A DNA stretch of 61,976 nucleotides, counting the filler. It is 5 parts of 5 records of this genome, joined end to end, with 100 filler letters (N's around TTAATTAATTAA, not from the genome) between each part and the next. Parts side by side here need not be neighbours in the genome. Positions count along the whole stretch, not along the records: positions 1 to 26,052 come from SRR20825010_70; 4 more parts are not named here. The stretch is one strand, 5' to 3'. A program made the translations under genes and the position numbers. The notes below the pieces were generated by a model, which had not been told where the DNA came from, made no database searches, and was given only the letters and a program-made list of their open reading frames with translations. Below are positions 1 to 10,223 of the stretch, in pieces (within the stretch, counting starts at the first letter, position 1; each line of letters opens with the position of its first letter).

Positions 1-485
1 CAGAGCCTGTCCTGAGTTTATCGAAGGGCTTTACGTCGAAATTGATTAAAGAATCATTATTTCAATAAACCTTCGCTTCTTACTTTTTGGAGGTGATTAC
101 TTCAGTTGTAATAAATCCCTCTACGAGAAGTTTCAGAAGTTAAAAATAAACATAAAATATCCGTGTGTAAAAAATGTAGTTAGGAATTATAAAGTTTCAA
201 CAGTTTTTACTTAATAATCAAGATTTGATTCCGCTAAAGCCTGTCTATGTTTGATTAAATGGTCTGCATCGAAATGAGTCAAATATTTTTTCTTTGAATA
301 CCTCGAGGTAGTTAATTGCTGCTTAAAATTTACTTCAGTAAAAAAAGTGAAGTTTTTGCACAATAAAACAGTTTTACAATATTAACATTTATTAACATCT
401 ATAGTTTCTTTTACAGGCGTAAATAAAAAAGAGACCGCTTGCGTAAGAGGTTTTAGGAATTAAAAATTAACAATAAACAAACCCA

Positions 486-1562
486 ATGATGAAAAATCTT
501 AAAAAATTATCGCAAAGAGTATTAATGGCTTTTGCAGTTTTATTTGTAGCTGCAAGTTGTAGCGACGACGACAATAATGGTAGCGAGGTGCCTTCTTCGG
601 ATATGGCTAAAGTAACTGTTAAATTAGTAGATGCCCCTGGAGATTACGAGAAGGTAAATATTGACATTCAAGATGTTATGATTAACCGAACCGACGATGA
701 AGAAGGTGGTTGGGAAACTATAGGAGAAATAAACGCTGGAGTTTATGACTTATTAGAGTTAACAGGAGGAGCAAGTGTTGTACTTGCAGATAACGAAATT
801 CCTGCTGGAGAAGTAGAGCAAATTAGACTTGTTTTAGGAGATAATAATACGGTTGTAATTGATGGAGAGGAGTTCCCTTTAAAAACTCCAAGCGCACAAC
901 AATCTGGATTAAAAATAAAGCTTGAAGATACAGAATTAGAAGGCGGTTATACGTATGAATTAATTCTTGACTTTGATGCAGATAAGTCGATTGTTAACGC
1001 TGGGAATTCAGATAATATTATTTTAAAACCTGTAATTAATGCAAGTACAGTAGTTAATTCAGGGAGAATTATGGGAGCTGTTACCCCAGTAGATTTCCAG
1101 ACATTGGCTTGGGTGGTTGCAGATCAAGATACTATTTCAACCTATACAAACGAGGAAGGACTTTTTGTTTTAAACGGAGTTCCTGCTGGAACGTATAACG
1201 TTATGCTAACTCCAGATGAGGCTTCTGGTTATGCCGAAGCAACAGTGGAAGAGGTAGCAGTAGAAAATGGAGAAGTTGCAGATATTGGAGCTATTGAATT
1301 AATGCAAATTTCTGGTGGAAGTATTTCAGGAACAGTTGTAAATGCCGATGCTACAGTTACAGCATCTATTGTGGTAGATGAAGAAATTGTTTCTGCTGAT
1401 ACAAATGCAGAAGGAGTGTTTACACTAGAAGGGGTTCCTGCTGGTACATATGTTTTAACACTAACACCAGCAGAAGGTTCTGCTTTTAACATTAAGGAGA
1501 TTACAGCTGTAGAAGTTGTAGACGGAGAAGCTACTGCTTTAGGCGATATTACCTTAGAATAG
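486..1562 (+). CDS. DUF4382-type lipoprotein with two C-terminal carboxypeptidase-regulatory-like beta domains
   Basis: Lipobox VAASC; V-x-L-x-DAP...L-L-E-L-T-G-G and LKTPSAQQSGLK motifs typical of DUF4382; duplicated (T)NxEGxFxLxGVPAGTY module. Confidence 0.75.
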   Translation: MMKNLKKLSQRVLMAFAVLFVAASCSDDDNNGSEVPSSDMAKVTVKLVDAPGDYEKVNIDIQDVMINRTDDEEGGWETIGEINAGVYDLLELTGGASVVLADNEIPAGEVEQIRLVLGDNNTVVIDGEEFPLKTPSAQQSGLKIKLEDTELEGGYTYELILDFDADKSIVNAGNSDNIILKPVINASTVVNSGRIMGAVTPVDFQTLAWVVADQDTISTYTNEEGLFVLNGVPAGTYNVMLTPDEASGYAEATVEEVAVENGEVADIGAIELMQISGGSISGTVVNADATVTASIVVDEEIVSADTNAEGVFTLEGVPAGTYVLTLTPAEGSAFNIKEITAVEVVDGEATALGDITLE

Positions 1563-1582
1563 TTAAAAATCCATAAAAATAT

Positions 1583-1622
1583 ATTAAGAGTAGTCTAATC
1601 TTTAGGCTACTCTTAATTTTTT
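1583..1622 (+). terminator. Intrinsic terminator-like hairpin after the DUF4382 gene
   Basis: ATTAAGAGTAGTCTA / TAGGCTACTCTTAAT stem followed by a T-run. Confidence 0.7.
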
Positions 1623-1714
1623 AACCTATTGTTAACAGCCACAGTCTAAATAAATTTTCAATTTGCGTCCTAATATAGATGGTGTTATATTGATGCCTCA
1701 AAAAATTAACATAA

Positions 1715-2716
1715 ATGGAGCAAAATACTACGTTGGATATTAACGCTATTAACGAAAAAATTGAAAAAGAAAGTGCTTTTATCGATGTATTAACCTTGGA
1801 AATGAACAAGGTTATTGTTGGTCAAAAACACATGGTAGAAAGATTGTTGATTGGTCTTTTAGGTCAAGGACATATTTTATTAGAAGGAGTTCCTGGATTA
1901 GCAAAAACTTTAGCAATTAATACACTTGCAAAAGCAGTGCATGGAAGTTTTAGCAGGGTGCAATTTACTCCCGATTTATTACCTGCCGATGTGGTGGGAA
2001 CACTTATTTACAATATGAAGGATAATGATTTTTCTATTAAGAAAGGTCCAATTTTTGCAAACTTTGTATTGGCAGATGAGATTAACCGTGCACCAGCAAA
2101 AGTACAGTCTGCTCTGCTAGAGGCAATGCAAGAAAAGCAAGTTACTATTGGAGATGAGACTTTTATTTTAGACAAACCTTTTTTAGTAATGGCTACTCAA
2201 AACCCTGTGGAGCAAGAAGGAACTTACCCATTGCCAGAAGCACAGGTTGACCGTTTTATGCTGAAAACAGTTATTAATTACCCAAAATTAGACGAAGAGC
2301 AACTTATTATTCGTGCTAATTTAAAGGGAGAATTCAATAAAGTAAATCAAGTAGTTTCTATAGACCAAATATTAAGAGCGCAAGCTTCGGTAAGAGAGGT
2401 TTATATGGATGAAAAAATTGAAAAATATATATTGGATATCATCTTCGCAACACGTTATCCAGAGAAATATAATTTATCAGATTTAAAACCACTTATTAGT
2501 TTTGGAGCATCTCCAAGGGGAAGTATCAACTTGGCAATGGCTGCAAAATGTTATGCATTTATTAAGCGTAGAGGGTATGTAATTCCAGAAGACGTAAGAG
2601 CCGTTGTACACGATGTACTCCGTCATAGAGTTGGAATTACTTATGAAGCGGAAGCGGAAAGTATTACTTCTGAGGAAATTATTAACAAGATCGTAAACGA
2701 AATAGAGGTTCCATAG
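1715..2716 (+). CDS. moxR: MoxR-family AAA+ ATPase
   Basis: Walker A EGVPGLAKT, QFTPDLLPAD, Walker B LADEINRAP, TQNPVEQEGTYPLPEAQVDRF. Confidence 0.95.
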   Translation: MEQNTTLDINAINEKIEKESAFIDVLTLEMNKVIVGQKHMVERLLIGLLGQGHILLEGVPGLAKTLAINTLAKAVHGSFSRVQFTPDLLPADVVGTLIYNMKDNDFSIKKGPIFANFVLADEINRAPAKVQSALLEAMQEKQVTIGDETFILDKPFLVMATQNPVEQEGTYPLPEAQVDRFMLKTVINYPKLDEEQLIIRANLKGEFNKVNQVVSIDQILRAQASVREVYMDEKIEKYILDIIFATRYPEKYNLSDLKPLISFGASPRGSINLAMAAKCYAFIKRRGYVIPEDVRAVVHDVLRHRVGITYEAEAESITSEEIINKIVNEIEVP

Positions 2717-2775
2717 GATTTTTGGAATAGCTAATAATGATTTGCAATGAATGATTGTTGCGAATTAAAGATTTC

Positions 2776-2856
2776 AAATCCCGACGCTCAGCGTCGAAAT
2801 AAGTTAAATTTGTTTCGTTTAAATACTTCGTTGGCTTGCCTCGAGGTAGTTGATTT
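2776..2856. repeat. Two-hairpin intergenic repeat (REP/IS200-IS605-end-like)
   Basis: CGACGC-TCA-GCGTCG hairpin plus ATACTTCGTTGGCTTGCCTCGAGGTAGTTGA; related copies near 293-317, 16311-16390 and 25911-25944. Confidence 0.6.
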
Positions 2857-2868
2857 TTAAATCGAAAA

Positions 2869-3735
2869 ATGGATACTAAAGAGCTACTAAAGAAGGTTAG
2901 GAAAATAGAGATTAAAACGCGTCGGTTGAGCGACCATATTTTTGGAGGAGAATATCATTCTACTTTTAAAGGTCGTGGAATGACATTTAGCGAGGTGCGG
3001 AGTTATCAATTTGGAGATGACGTAAGAAATATCGATTGGAATGTAACTGCGCGTTATAACGAGCCTTTTATTAAAGTTTTTGAAGAAGAACGAGAACTCA
3101 CCATGATGCTTATGGTGGATGTTTCTGGGTCGGAACTTTTTGGAACTACAGATCAATTCAAAAAAGATATCATTACAGAAATTTCGGCCACCTTGGCATT
3201 TTCTGCTATGCAGAATAACGATAAGATTGGATTGATATTATTCTCAGACCAAATAGAATTATACATTCCTCCAAAAAAAGAAAGGTTTCATGTGTTGAGA
3301 ATTATTAGAGAGTTGATAGAATTTCAGCCAAAAAATAAAAACACAGATATCAATGGAGCGCTTAAATTCATGTCGAGTGTTAGTAAGAAAAAAGTAATTG
3401 CTTTTGTACTGTCCGATTTTATGTCAGATAAATATGAGCATGCACTTAAAATAGCCGCCAATAAACACGATATTACAGGAATTAGAATTTACGACGAAAA
3501 AGAAGAAAGCATTCCTAATATTGGTTTTGTACAAATGGAAGATGCCGAAACTGGCGAGCTTATGTTGGTAAATACAAAATCTAAAACTGTTAGAAATCAA
3601 TATGCCAAATATTATTTAGATCGTGTAAATTATTACCAAACGGTATTTACAAAAAGTGGAGCAGGCGTAATTAGTAGTCGGATTGATGAGAGTTATGTAA
3701 AAAAATTATTAGGATATTTTAAACGAAGAGGATAA
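2869..3735 (+). CDS. DUF58-domain (vWA-like) protein of the moxR/bat operon
   Basis: GEYHSTFKGRGMTFSEVRSYQFGDDVRNIDWNVTAR; MIDAS-like DVSGS. Confidence 0.92.
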   Translation: MDTKELLKKVRKIEIKTRRLSDHIFGGEYHSTFKGRGMTFSEVRSYQFGDDVRNIDWNVTARYNEPFIKVFEEERELTMMLMVDVSGSELFGTTDQFKKDIITEISATLAFSAMQNNDKIGLILFSDQIELYIPPKKERFHVLRIIRELIEFQPKNKNTDINGALKFMSSVSKKKVIAFVLSDFMSDKYEHALKIAANKHDITGIRIYDEKEESIPNIGFVQMEDAETGELMLVNTKSKTVRNQYAKYYLDRVNYYQTVFTKSGAGVISSRIDESYVKKLLGYFKRRG

Positions 3736-3758
3736 GCCAAATCTTACTATCAGGAAAT

Positions 3759-5429
3759 TTGAAAAAAATGATTAATTTAATATTTAAGAATACGTTTAAT
3801 AGGTTGCTTAACAAAAAGTCGAGCATTTTGTTGCTTGTGTTCTATTGCCTATCCTGTATTGCTTTTGCACAGTCTACCCCTCAGGTAAAATCTTCGGTAG
3901 ATTCTACTTCTATAAAAATTGGAGAGCAAATTCATTTTACTTTTGAAGTTGAAGCAGATACAACTTCGCAGGTAATTTTTCCAGAAGGACAGACTTTTAT
4001 GCCGCTAGAAGTAGTAGAAGCTTTGCCTACAGATACGCTAATCAATCAAGATAAATTCAACTTAATAAAAAAATATGCATTAACGCAATTTGATTCTGGG
4101 ACCTATACCCTACCGCGTCAACAGGTAATGATTAACAATAAGCCTTATTTTACAGATTCTTTAAAGATTGAAGTAAATACAGTTGTGGTAGATACTACTA
4201 AGCAAAAAATGTACGACATTAAAGGCTTGGCACAGGTAGAAAAACCATTTGGCGATTGGTGGAAATGGGTGTTAGGAGGACTTGTTATTGCTGCTATTGT
4301 AGGAGGCTTATTATATTGGTTTGTTTTCAGAAAAAAACCATTAACACAAGAAGAAAAAATAGCATTGCTTCCGCCATACGATCGTGCCATTGCTGAATTA
4401 AAAAAACTAGACGAATCAAAATATCTAATTCAGTCTGAATACAAAGAATACTATTCTGAATTGACAAATATTGTACGTTCTTATTTAGAAGAAGATGTAC
4501 ATATTTCGGCTTTAGAAAGCACCACCGACGAATTAATTACCAAAATGGAAATGCTTAGAGATGCTGGAAGTTTAAAAATAGATAACGATACTATTAGTCA
4601 GTTTAAAAATGTACTTCAAACAGCCGATTTAGTAAAATTTGCAAAAAACACTCCAGAAAATTCTGCTATTGATCGCGATAGAAAATCAATAGAACAAATA
4701 GTTGTTAAAACTAAAGAAGCGCTTCCAGAACCAACAGAGGAAGAGCTAATGGAGCAAGAAGAGTATGTAGCCAATTTTAAACGTAAAAAGAAGCAACAGC
4801 AAATTAAATATGCAATTGCGGCTGGAATTGGAGTTTTAATTATTGTGGCTGGAATTTTTACCTACAAATATGGCTTTAGCAATGTAAAAGATTCTGTTTT
4901 TGGTCACCCAACAAAATCTTTATTAGAGGAGCAATGGGTAGGAAGTTCTTATGGATTTCCAGCTATTTATTTAGAAACTCCAAAAGTGCTTAAACGAAAT
5001 AATAAAATCCCGAAAAGTATAGAAGGCGCTGGAACAAATAGTTATCAGGTCTTTGAATATGGAGGCTTGCAAAGTAATTTTTATATTCAAGCTACCATTT
5101 CTACTTATAAAAAGGAAGCCGATTTTGATGCTAAAAAAGCAATAGATGCTGCTTTGGCAAAAGTGGAAGAAGCGGGAGCTAAAAATATGGTTGTAAAACA
5201 AGATGAGGTAGTTACACCAACAGGAAAGAAAGGGAATAAAGTATTTGGAACACTGGAAATAGACAGCCCAGAAAGTAAAAAAACTAGAGAAGCAGCGTAT
5301 GTTATTCTCAGTTTTGTGCAAAATGGAGGGTTTCAGCAGCTAATTATGGTGTATCCTAAAGATGATCTTTATGCAGAACAGATTGTTGAGAAAATTACCA
5401 ATTCTATAGATTTTAAAACAGAAAGCTAA
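3759..5429 (+). CDS. Bat-operon membrane protein (BatD/DUF4381-like); start codon uncertain
   Basis: Signal-like N-terminus, beta-rich domain, TM segment, YYSELTNIVRSYLE...ESTTDEL...ADLVKFAK, second TM; lies between DUF58 and batA. Confidence 0.75.
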   Translation: MKKMINLIFKNTFNRLLNKKSSILLLVFYCLSCIAFAQSTPQVKSSVDSTSIKIGEQIHFTFEVEADTTSQVIFPEGQTFMPLEVVEALPTDTLINQDKFNLIKKYALTQFDSGTYTLPRQQVMINNKPYFTDSLKIEVNTVVVDTTKQKMYDIKGLAQVEKPFGDWWKWVLGGLVIAAIVGGLLYWFVFRKKPLTQEEKIALLPPYDRAIAELKKLDESKYLIQSEYKEYYSELTNIVRSYLEEDVHISALESTTDELITKMEMLRDAGSLKIDNDTISQFKNVLQTADLVKFAKNTPENSAIDRDRKSIEQIVVKTKEALPEPTEEELMEQEEYVANFKRKKKQQQIKYAIAAGIGVLIIVAGIFTYKYGFSNVKDSVFGHPTKSLLEEQWVGSSYGFPAIYLETPKVLKRNNKIPKSIEGAGTNSYQVFEYGGLQSNFYIQATISTYKKEADFDAKKAIDAALAKVEEAGAKNMVVKQDEVVTPTGKKGNKVFGTLEIDSPESKKTREAAYVILSFVQNGGFQQLIMVYPKDDLYAEQIVEKITNSIDFKTES

Positions 5430-5431
5430 TT

Positions 5432-6433
5432 ATGTTTGAAAATATACAATTTGCAAATCCACAATTTTTCTGGTTGTTTTTAATACTTCCAGTGGCTATT
5501 GTTTGGTATTTTTTTAAACGAAAAAAAGAAACAGCTTCTTTAAAAATATCGAGTATAAAAGGCTTTAAAGGAGCGCCTTCAATGCTGGCTAAATTAAAAC
5601 CTTTGTTATTTGTTTTAAGATTATTGGCGTTATCAGCATTGATTGTTGCAATGGCAAGACCACAAAAAGAAGATATTTCAACACGTACTAAAACTACACG
5701 AGGAATAGATATTGTAATGGCAATTGATGTTTCTTCAAGTATGTTAGCACGAGATTTAAAACCAAACAGACTAACTGCCTTAAAAAAAGTAGCTGCGGAC
5801 TTTATAAAAGAACGTGTTAACGACCGTATTGGGCTGGTGGTTTATGCAGCAGAAAGTTTTACTAAAACCCCTATTACAAGTGATAAAGCTATTGTGCTAC
5901 GCTCTTTAAACGATATTAAATACGGACAATTAGAGGATGGAACAGCAATAGGAATGGGATTAGCTACTTCTGTAAATAGATTAAAAGATAGCAAGGCTAA
6001 AAGCAAAGTAATTATCTTACTAACCGATGGAGTGAATAACTCTGGATTTATAGAGCCGCAAACTGCTGCAAGTTTGGCAATTGAGTATGGAATAAAAACC
6101 TATACCATTGGCTTGGGAAGTAATGGGATGGCGTTGTCTCCAATTGCATACAATCCTGATGGAAGTTTTAGATATGGAATGAGTAAGGTAGAAATTGACG
6201 AAGCTTTGCTTAAAGATATTGCAGAAAAAACTGGAGGGGTTTATTTTAGAGCTACCGATAATGAAAAGCTATCGGAGATTTACGAAGAGATTAATAAATT
6301 AGAAAAAACCGATATTGAAGAGTTTAAATATTACAATTATGAAGAGGAGTTTAGAATGTTTGCACTTTTAGCATGCGGACTCTTAATGTTGGAATATTTA
6401 TTGAGATATACTGTTTTTAGAAGTTTTGTATAA
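5432..6433 (+). CDS. batA: BatA, vWA-domain membrane protein
   Basis: N-terminal FANP TM, DVSSSM MIDAS motif, GTAIGMGL, LLTDG, C-terminal TM; operon order. Confidence 0.92.
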   Translation: MFENIQFANPQFFWLFLILPVAIVWYFFKRKKETASLKISSIKGFKGAPSMLAKLKPLLFVLRLLALSALIVAMARPQKEDISTRTKTTRGIDIVMAIDVSSSMLARDLKPNRLTALKKVAADFIKERVNDRIGLVVYAAESFTKTPITSDKAIVLRSLNDIKYGQLEDGTAIGMGLATSVNRLKDSKAKSKVIILLTDGVNNSGFIEPQTAASLAIEYGIKTYTIGLGSNGMALSPIAYNPDGSFRYGMSKVEIDEALLKDIAEKTGGVYFRATDNEKLSEIYEEINKLEKTDIEEFKYYNYEEEFRMFALLACGLLMLEYLLRYTVFRSFV

Positions 6434-6436
6434 GTT

Positions 6437-7492
6437 ATGGATATATATCAGTTAGACGAAAAAATATATTTCTACGTACTGGTTTTAATTCCAGTATTGT
6501 TATTGCTCTTTTTAGGGTTTAAGTTTTGGCAAAAAAGAACTCAGAAAAAGTTTGCCAATGCGTTATCATTAGAAAGATTAAGTCCAAACAAATCAACGTT
6601 TAAATCGTTGCTAAAGTTGGTGTTTATTATGCTAGCAATTGCATGTTTGGCAATTGCTTTGGTAAATCCTAAAATTGGCACAAAGCTTGAAACAGTTAAA
6701 AGGGAAGGGGTAGATATTGTTTTTGCTATTGATGTTTCAAAAAGTATGGAGGCAGAAGATATTGCTCCCAACAGATTGGAAAAAGCAAAGCGAATAGTTT
6801 CTGAGATTATAAATAATTTGGCGAGCGATCGGATAGGGATTATTGCATATGCGGGACAGGCGTATCCGCAGTTGCCAATTACAACAGATTATGCGGCAGG
6901 GAAAATGTTTTTACAGAGCATGAATACAGATATGATGTCGTCTCAAGGAACAGCCATAAATGAGGCTATTGATTTGGCAACTACGTATTATGACGATCAA
7001 GATCAGACAAATAGGGTCTTGTTTTTAATTTCCGATGGAGAAGATCATTCGGATATGGCATTAGAGTCTGTAGAAAAAGCTGAAAAAGCAGGGATAAAAA
7101 TTTTTACCATTGGTGTAGGAACCAAAAAAGGAGGTCCGATACCTATCAGAATAAATGGAATTATAGATTCTTATAAAAAAGACCAGCAGGGAGAGGTTGT
7201 AATTACACAGCTTAATGAAACTGTTTTAAGAGAAATAGCTTCGGAAGGAGATGGGGAATATATTAACGGATCAAATACCGAATCTGTAATTGATTTTGTA
7301 ACGGATACGTTAACAAAAATGGATAAAACTGAATTTGAATCCAAGCAATATGCCGATTTTAAAGATCAGTTTCAGTGGTTTATTGCAGCTGCAATTTTGT
7401 TCTTGTTTCTAGATATTTTCTTATTGGAAAGAAAAACAGTTTGGATTCAGAAGTTAAACTTGTTTAATGAAACGAAGAAAGATGAAAAGTAA
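6437..7492 (+). CDS. batB: BatB, vWA-domain membrane protein
   Basis: DVSKSM MIDAS motif, QLPITTD, ISDGEDH; follows batA. Confidence 0.9.
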   Translation: MDIYQLDEKIYFYVLVLIPVLLLLFLGFKFWQKRTQKKFANALSLERLSPNKSTFKSLLKLVFIMLAIACLAIALVNPKIGTKLETVKREGVDIVFAIDVSKSMEAEDIAPNRLEKAKRIVSEIINNLASDRIGIIAYAGQAYPQLPITTDYAAGKMFLQSMNTDMMSSQGTAINEAIDLATTYYDDQDQTNRVLFLISDGEDHSDMALESVEKAEKAGIKIFTIGVGTKKGGPIPIRINGIIDSYKKDQQGEVVITQLNETVLREIASEGDGEYINGSNTESVIDFVTDTLTKMDKTEFESKQYADFKDQFQWFIAAAILFLFLDIFLLERKTVWIQKLNLFNETKKDEK

Positions 7493-8432
7493 CACAAAAA
7501 TTATCAGCATAAAAGAGATTTCTGTTAGCGGAAAAATGATTTTTTTAGCTATTTTGGGACTTTTTTCATTTTCAGTAGTAAAAGCACAAGACACAGAATC
7601 GATAGAAAAGGCTAAGCAAAAAGCTTTAAATGAATCTGTTGAGTATACTTATAAAGGAAATGAAGTGCTTGAAGAGAGTTCTGATGCTATTGCAGCAGAA
7701 ATGGAGTATAGAAAAGCAGTTTCTAAAAGTTCGGACAATGCAAAAGCAAAGTACAACTTAGGAAATGTGTATTATAAGCAAGAAAGTATGGGAGAGGCCT
7801 TTATGCGTTATAAAGAGGCTGGAACTACTGCAAAAACTAAAGAAGAAAAGCATAGTGCATACCATAATTTAGGGAATGTATTTATGAAAAATAAAGAATA
7901 TCAAAAGGCGGTAGAGGCTTATAAAGAAGCGTTGAGAAATGATCCAGCGGATGAAGAAACTCGCTATAACTTAGCATTGGCAAAAGAAATGCTAAAGAAA
8001 CAGCAAGACGAAAATAAGAATAATCAGGATCAAAATAAAGACGATAAGCAAGACGAGAATAAAGATAACCAAGATCAGAATCAGGATAATAAAGACAATC
8101 AGGATAAGAAAGATGGGGATGAGGGAGATGAAAAAAAAGACGATCAAGGGAAGGAAGATGATAAAAATAATGAAGGCGACAATAAGGACGAGCAAGGCGA
8201 GAATCCTGAAGATCAAAAACAAGACGAAGGAAAGAACGATAAGCAAGATCAAAAGCAGAATCCTGGAGATAAGCCTCAAGAGCAACAGCAACAACCTCGT
8301 CCTAATCAATTATCACCTCAGCAGGTAAAAAATATTTTGGAGGCGATGAACAACGAAGAAAAGAAAGTTCAAGAAAAAATAAATGCTGAAAAAGTAAAAG
8401 GAGCACCAGTAAAATCTGAAAAAGATTGGTAA
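7482..8432 (+). CDS. batC: BatC, TPR protein with Q/D/N/K low-complexity tail; start codon uncertain
   Basis: TPR motifs YNLGNVYY and YHNLGNVFM, ETRYNLALA, low-complexity linker, ends EKDW. Confidence 0.88.
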   Translation: MKSNTKIISIKEISVSGKMIFLAILGLFSFSVVKAQDTESIEKAKQKALNESVEYTYKGNEVLEESSDAIAAEMEYRKAVSKSSDNAKAKYNLGNVYYKQESMGEAFMRYKEAGTTAKTKEEKHSAYHNLGNVFMKNKEYQKAVEAYKEALRNDPADEETRYNLALAKEMLKKQQDENKNNQDQNKDDKQDENKDNQDQNQDNKDNQDKKDGDEGDEKKDDQGKEDDKNNEGDNKDEQGENPEDQKQDEGKNDKQDQKQNPGDKPQEQQQQPRPNQLSPQQVKNILEAMNNEEKKVQEKINAEKVKGAPVKSEKDW

Positions 8433-8435
8433 AAA

Positions 8436-10223
8436 ATGAAAATTAAATTTTTAATACTTACTTTTTTTATATGTTTCTCGGGAGTTTTATTCTCTCAAGA
8501 GGAAGAAGTGCAGTTTGAGGCCAATGCTAGTAAGAAAAAACTTGGCGTAAATGAGCGCTTACGTGTAGAATTTAGCATGAATAAGGATGGCGATAATTTT
8601 GTGCCACCTTCTTTTGAAGGTTTTAGAGTTTTAATGGGACCAAATCAATCTGTTAGTCATTCTTGGGTAAATGGAAAACGTTCTTTTTCAAAATCGTATT
8701 CTTACGTTTTAACACCTTTGTCTAAAGGGAATTTTACAATTCAGCAGGCTAAAGTTGAAATAGAAGGAAATACGTATAAAACAACGCCTATAAAAATAGA
8801 GGTAACCGAAGCGGTTAACGACCCGAATGCGCCGCCTTCTGCCGATGATATTGCAGATGATAATTTGCATTTAGTAGCTGAGGTATCTAATGGGAGTCCG
8901 TATTTAAATGAGGCAGTAAGTGTGGTTTACAAATTGTATGTGAGTCCAAGCATTAATGTTTCTAATTTTCTTCCGAAGGCAAATCCAACGTATAATAATT
9001 TTTGGTCTCAAGATATAAAAGTTACCAGATTTCAGGTAGAGAATGGTTTGTACGAAGGAAAACAATACCGTTATGTGGTTTTAAAACGTGTGGTATTATA
9101 TCCTCAAAAAACGGGCTCTTTAGAAATTGAACCGCTCTCATTGGATGTAACTGTAGATGTTCCAACTAATAGGAGAGATGTTTTTGGCGGAAGATTGTTT
9201 ACGCAAACTAATAAAACAGTTACTGCTGGGCAACGTATTATTAAAGTAAAACCACTTCCAGAGGCTGGAAAACCAGCAGGATTTACAGGTGCTGTTGGAC
9301 AATTTGATTTTGATGTAATTACTTCAAAATCCGATTTAAAAGCGAACGAATCTTTAACTGCTAAAATTCAGGTAACTGGAAAAGGAAACTTAAAACTTTT
9401 TAACTTGCCAAAGCTTACGCTTCCAAGTTCGTTGGAGGTTTATGAGCCTGAACATGAAGAAAATGTTTCTACGAATTTATCTGGAATGAGCGGAAAAATT
9501 TCCGACAATTATACTATTGTTCCGCAATTCAAAGGGAAGTATCCTATTCCTGGCGTAGCATTCTCTTATTTTGATCCTAAAGAAGAGAAATACAAAACAG
9601 TTACTTCACAACAATCCCTAGTAAATGTTTATGAAGGACCGTCCAGTGCTGCGGTAGCAAATGAAGCGACCAGAGATAGTGATGCTATCAATAAGCAACC
9701 TATAGCTACCTTGGGCGACCAATTTAGATTTATAAAATTAGACACCAATTTATATGCTAAAGAAGCTTCTGTTTTCTTCGGTTCTATTTTGTATTATATA
9801 TTGCTACTAGTTCCTTTACTTTTAATTCCTATTGCTATTTTAATAGGGAAGAAAAGAGCAGCTATGGCTGGAGATGTAGTTGGAAATAGAGTTAGAAAGG
9901 CTAATAAGTTGGCTAAGAAATATTTATCAGAAGCAAAAAGAAATCTTGGTAATAAAGAGGCATTCTACGAATCTTTAGAAAGAGCGCTACATAATTACTT
10001 ACGAGCAAAATTGAAGTTGGTAACGTCTGAATTTAGTAAAGAAAAAATAAGCGAATTACTACTTTCTAAAAATGTAGAAAAGCAGGGGGTAGATAATTTT
10101 ATAGCATTACTAAAAAGTTGTGAATTGGCAAGGTATTCTCCAAGTACAACAGCAGAAATGCAAAGCGATTACAATAAAGCAGCCGAAGTTATTTCGTTAA
10201 TCGATAAACAGTTTAAATCATGA
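8436..10223 (+). CDS. batD: BatD
   Basis: Signal peptide, FTGAVGQF, GKGNLKL, FSYFDP, C-terminal TM and CELARYSP. Confidence 0.9.
   Translation: MKIKFLILTFFICFSGVLFSQEEEVQFEANASKKKLGVNERLRVEFSMNKDGDNFVPPSFEGFRVLMGPNQSVSHSWVNGKRSFSKSYSYVLTPLSKGNFTIQQAKVEIEGNTYKTTPIKIEVTEAVNDPNAPPSADDIADDNLHLVAEVSNGSPYLNEAVSVVYKLYVSPSINVSNFLPKANPTYNNFWSQDIKVTRFQVENGLYEGKQYRYVVLKRVVLYPQKTGSLEIEPLSLDVTVDVPTNRRDVFGGRLFTQTNKTVTAGQRIIKVKPLPEAGKPAGFTGAVGQFDFDVITSKSDLKANESLTAKIQVTGKGNLKLFNLPKLTLPSSLEVYEPEHEENVSTNLSGMSGKISDNYTIVPQFKGKYPIPGVAFSYFDPKEEKYKTVTSQQSLVNVYEGPSSAAVANEATRDSDAINKQPIATLGDQFRFIKLDTNLYAKEASVFFGSILYYILLLVPLLLIPIAILIGKKRAAMAGDVVGNRVRKANKLAKKYLSEAKRNLGNKEAFYESLERALHNYLRAKLKLVTSEFSKEKISELLLSKNVEKQGVDNFIALLKSCELARYSPSTTAEMQSDYNKAAEVISLIDKQFKS

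Noticed and set aside
7990-8310. Repetitive purine-rich DNA and hydrophobic antisense ORF 7992-8309
   Set aside because: It encodes the BatC Q/D/N/K linker; not a CRISPR array or a separate gene
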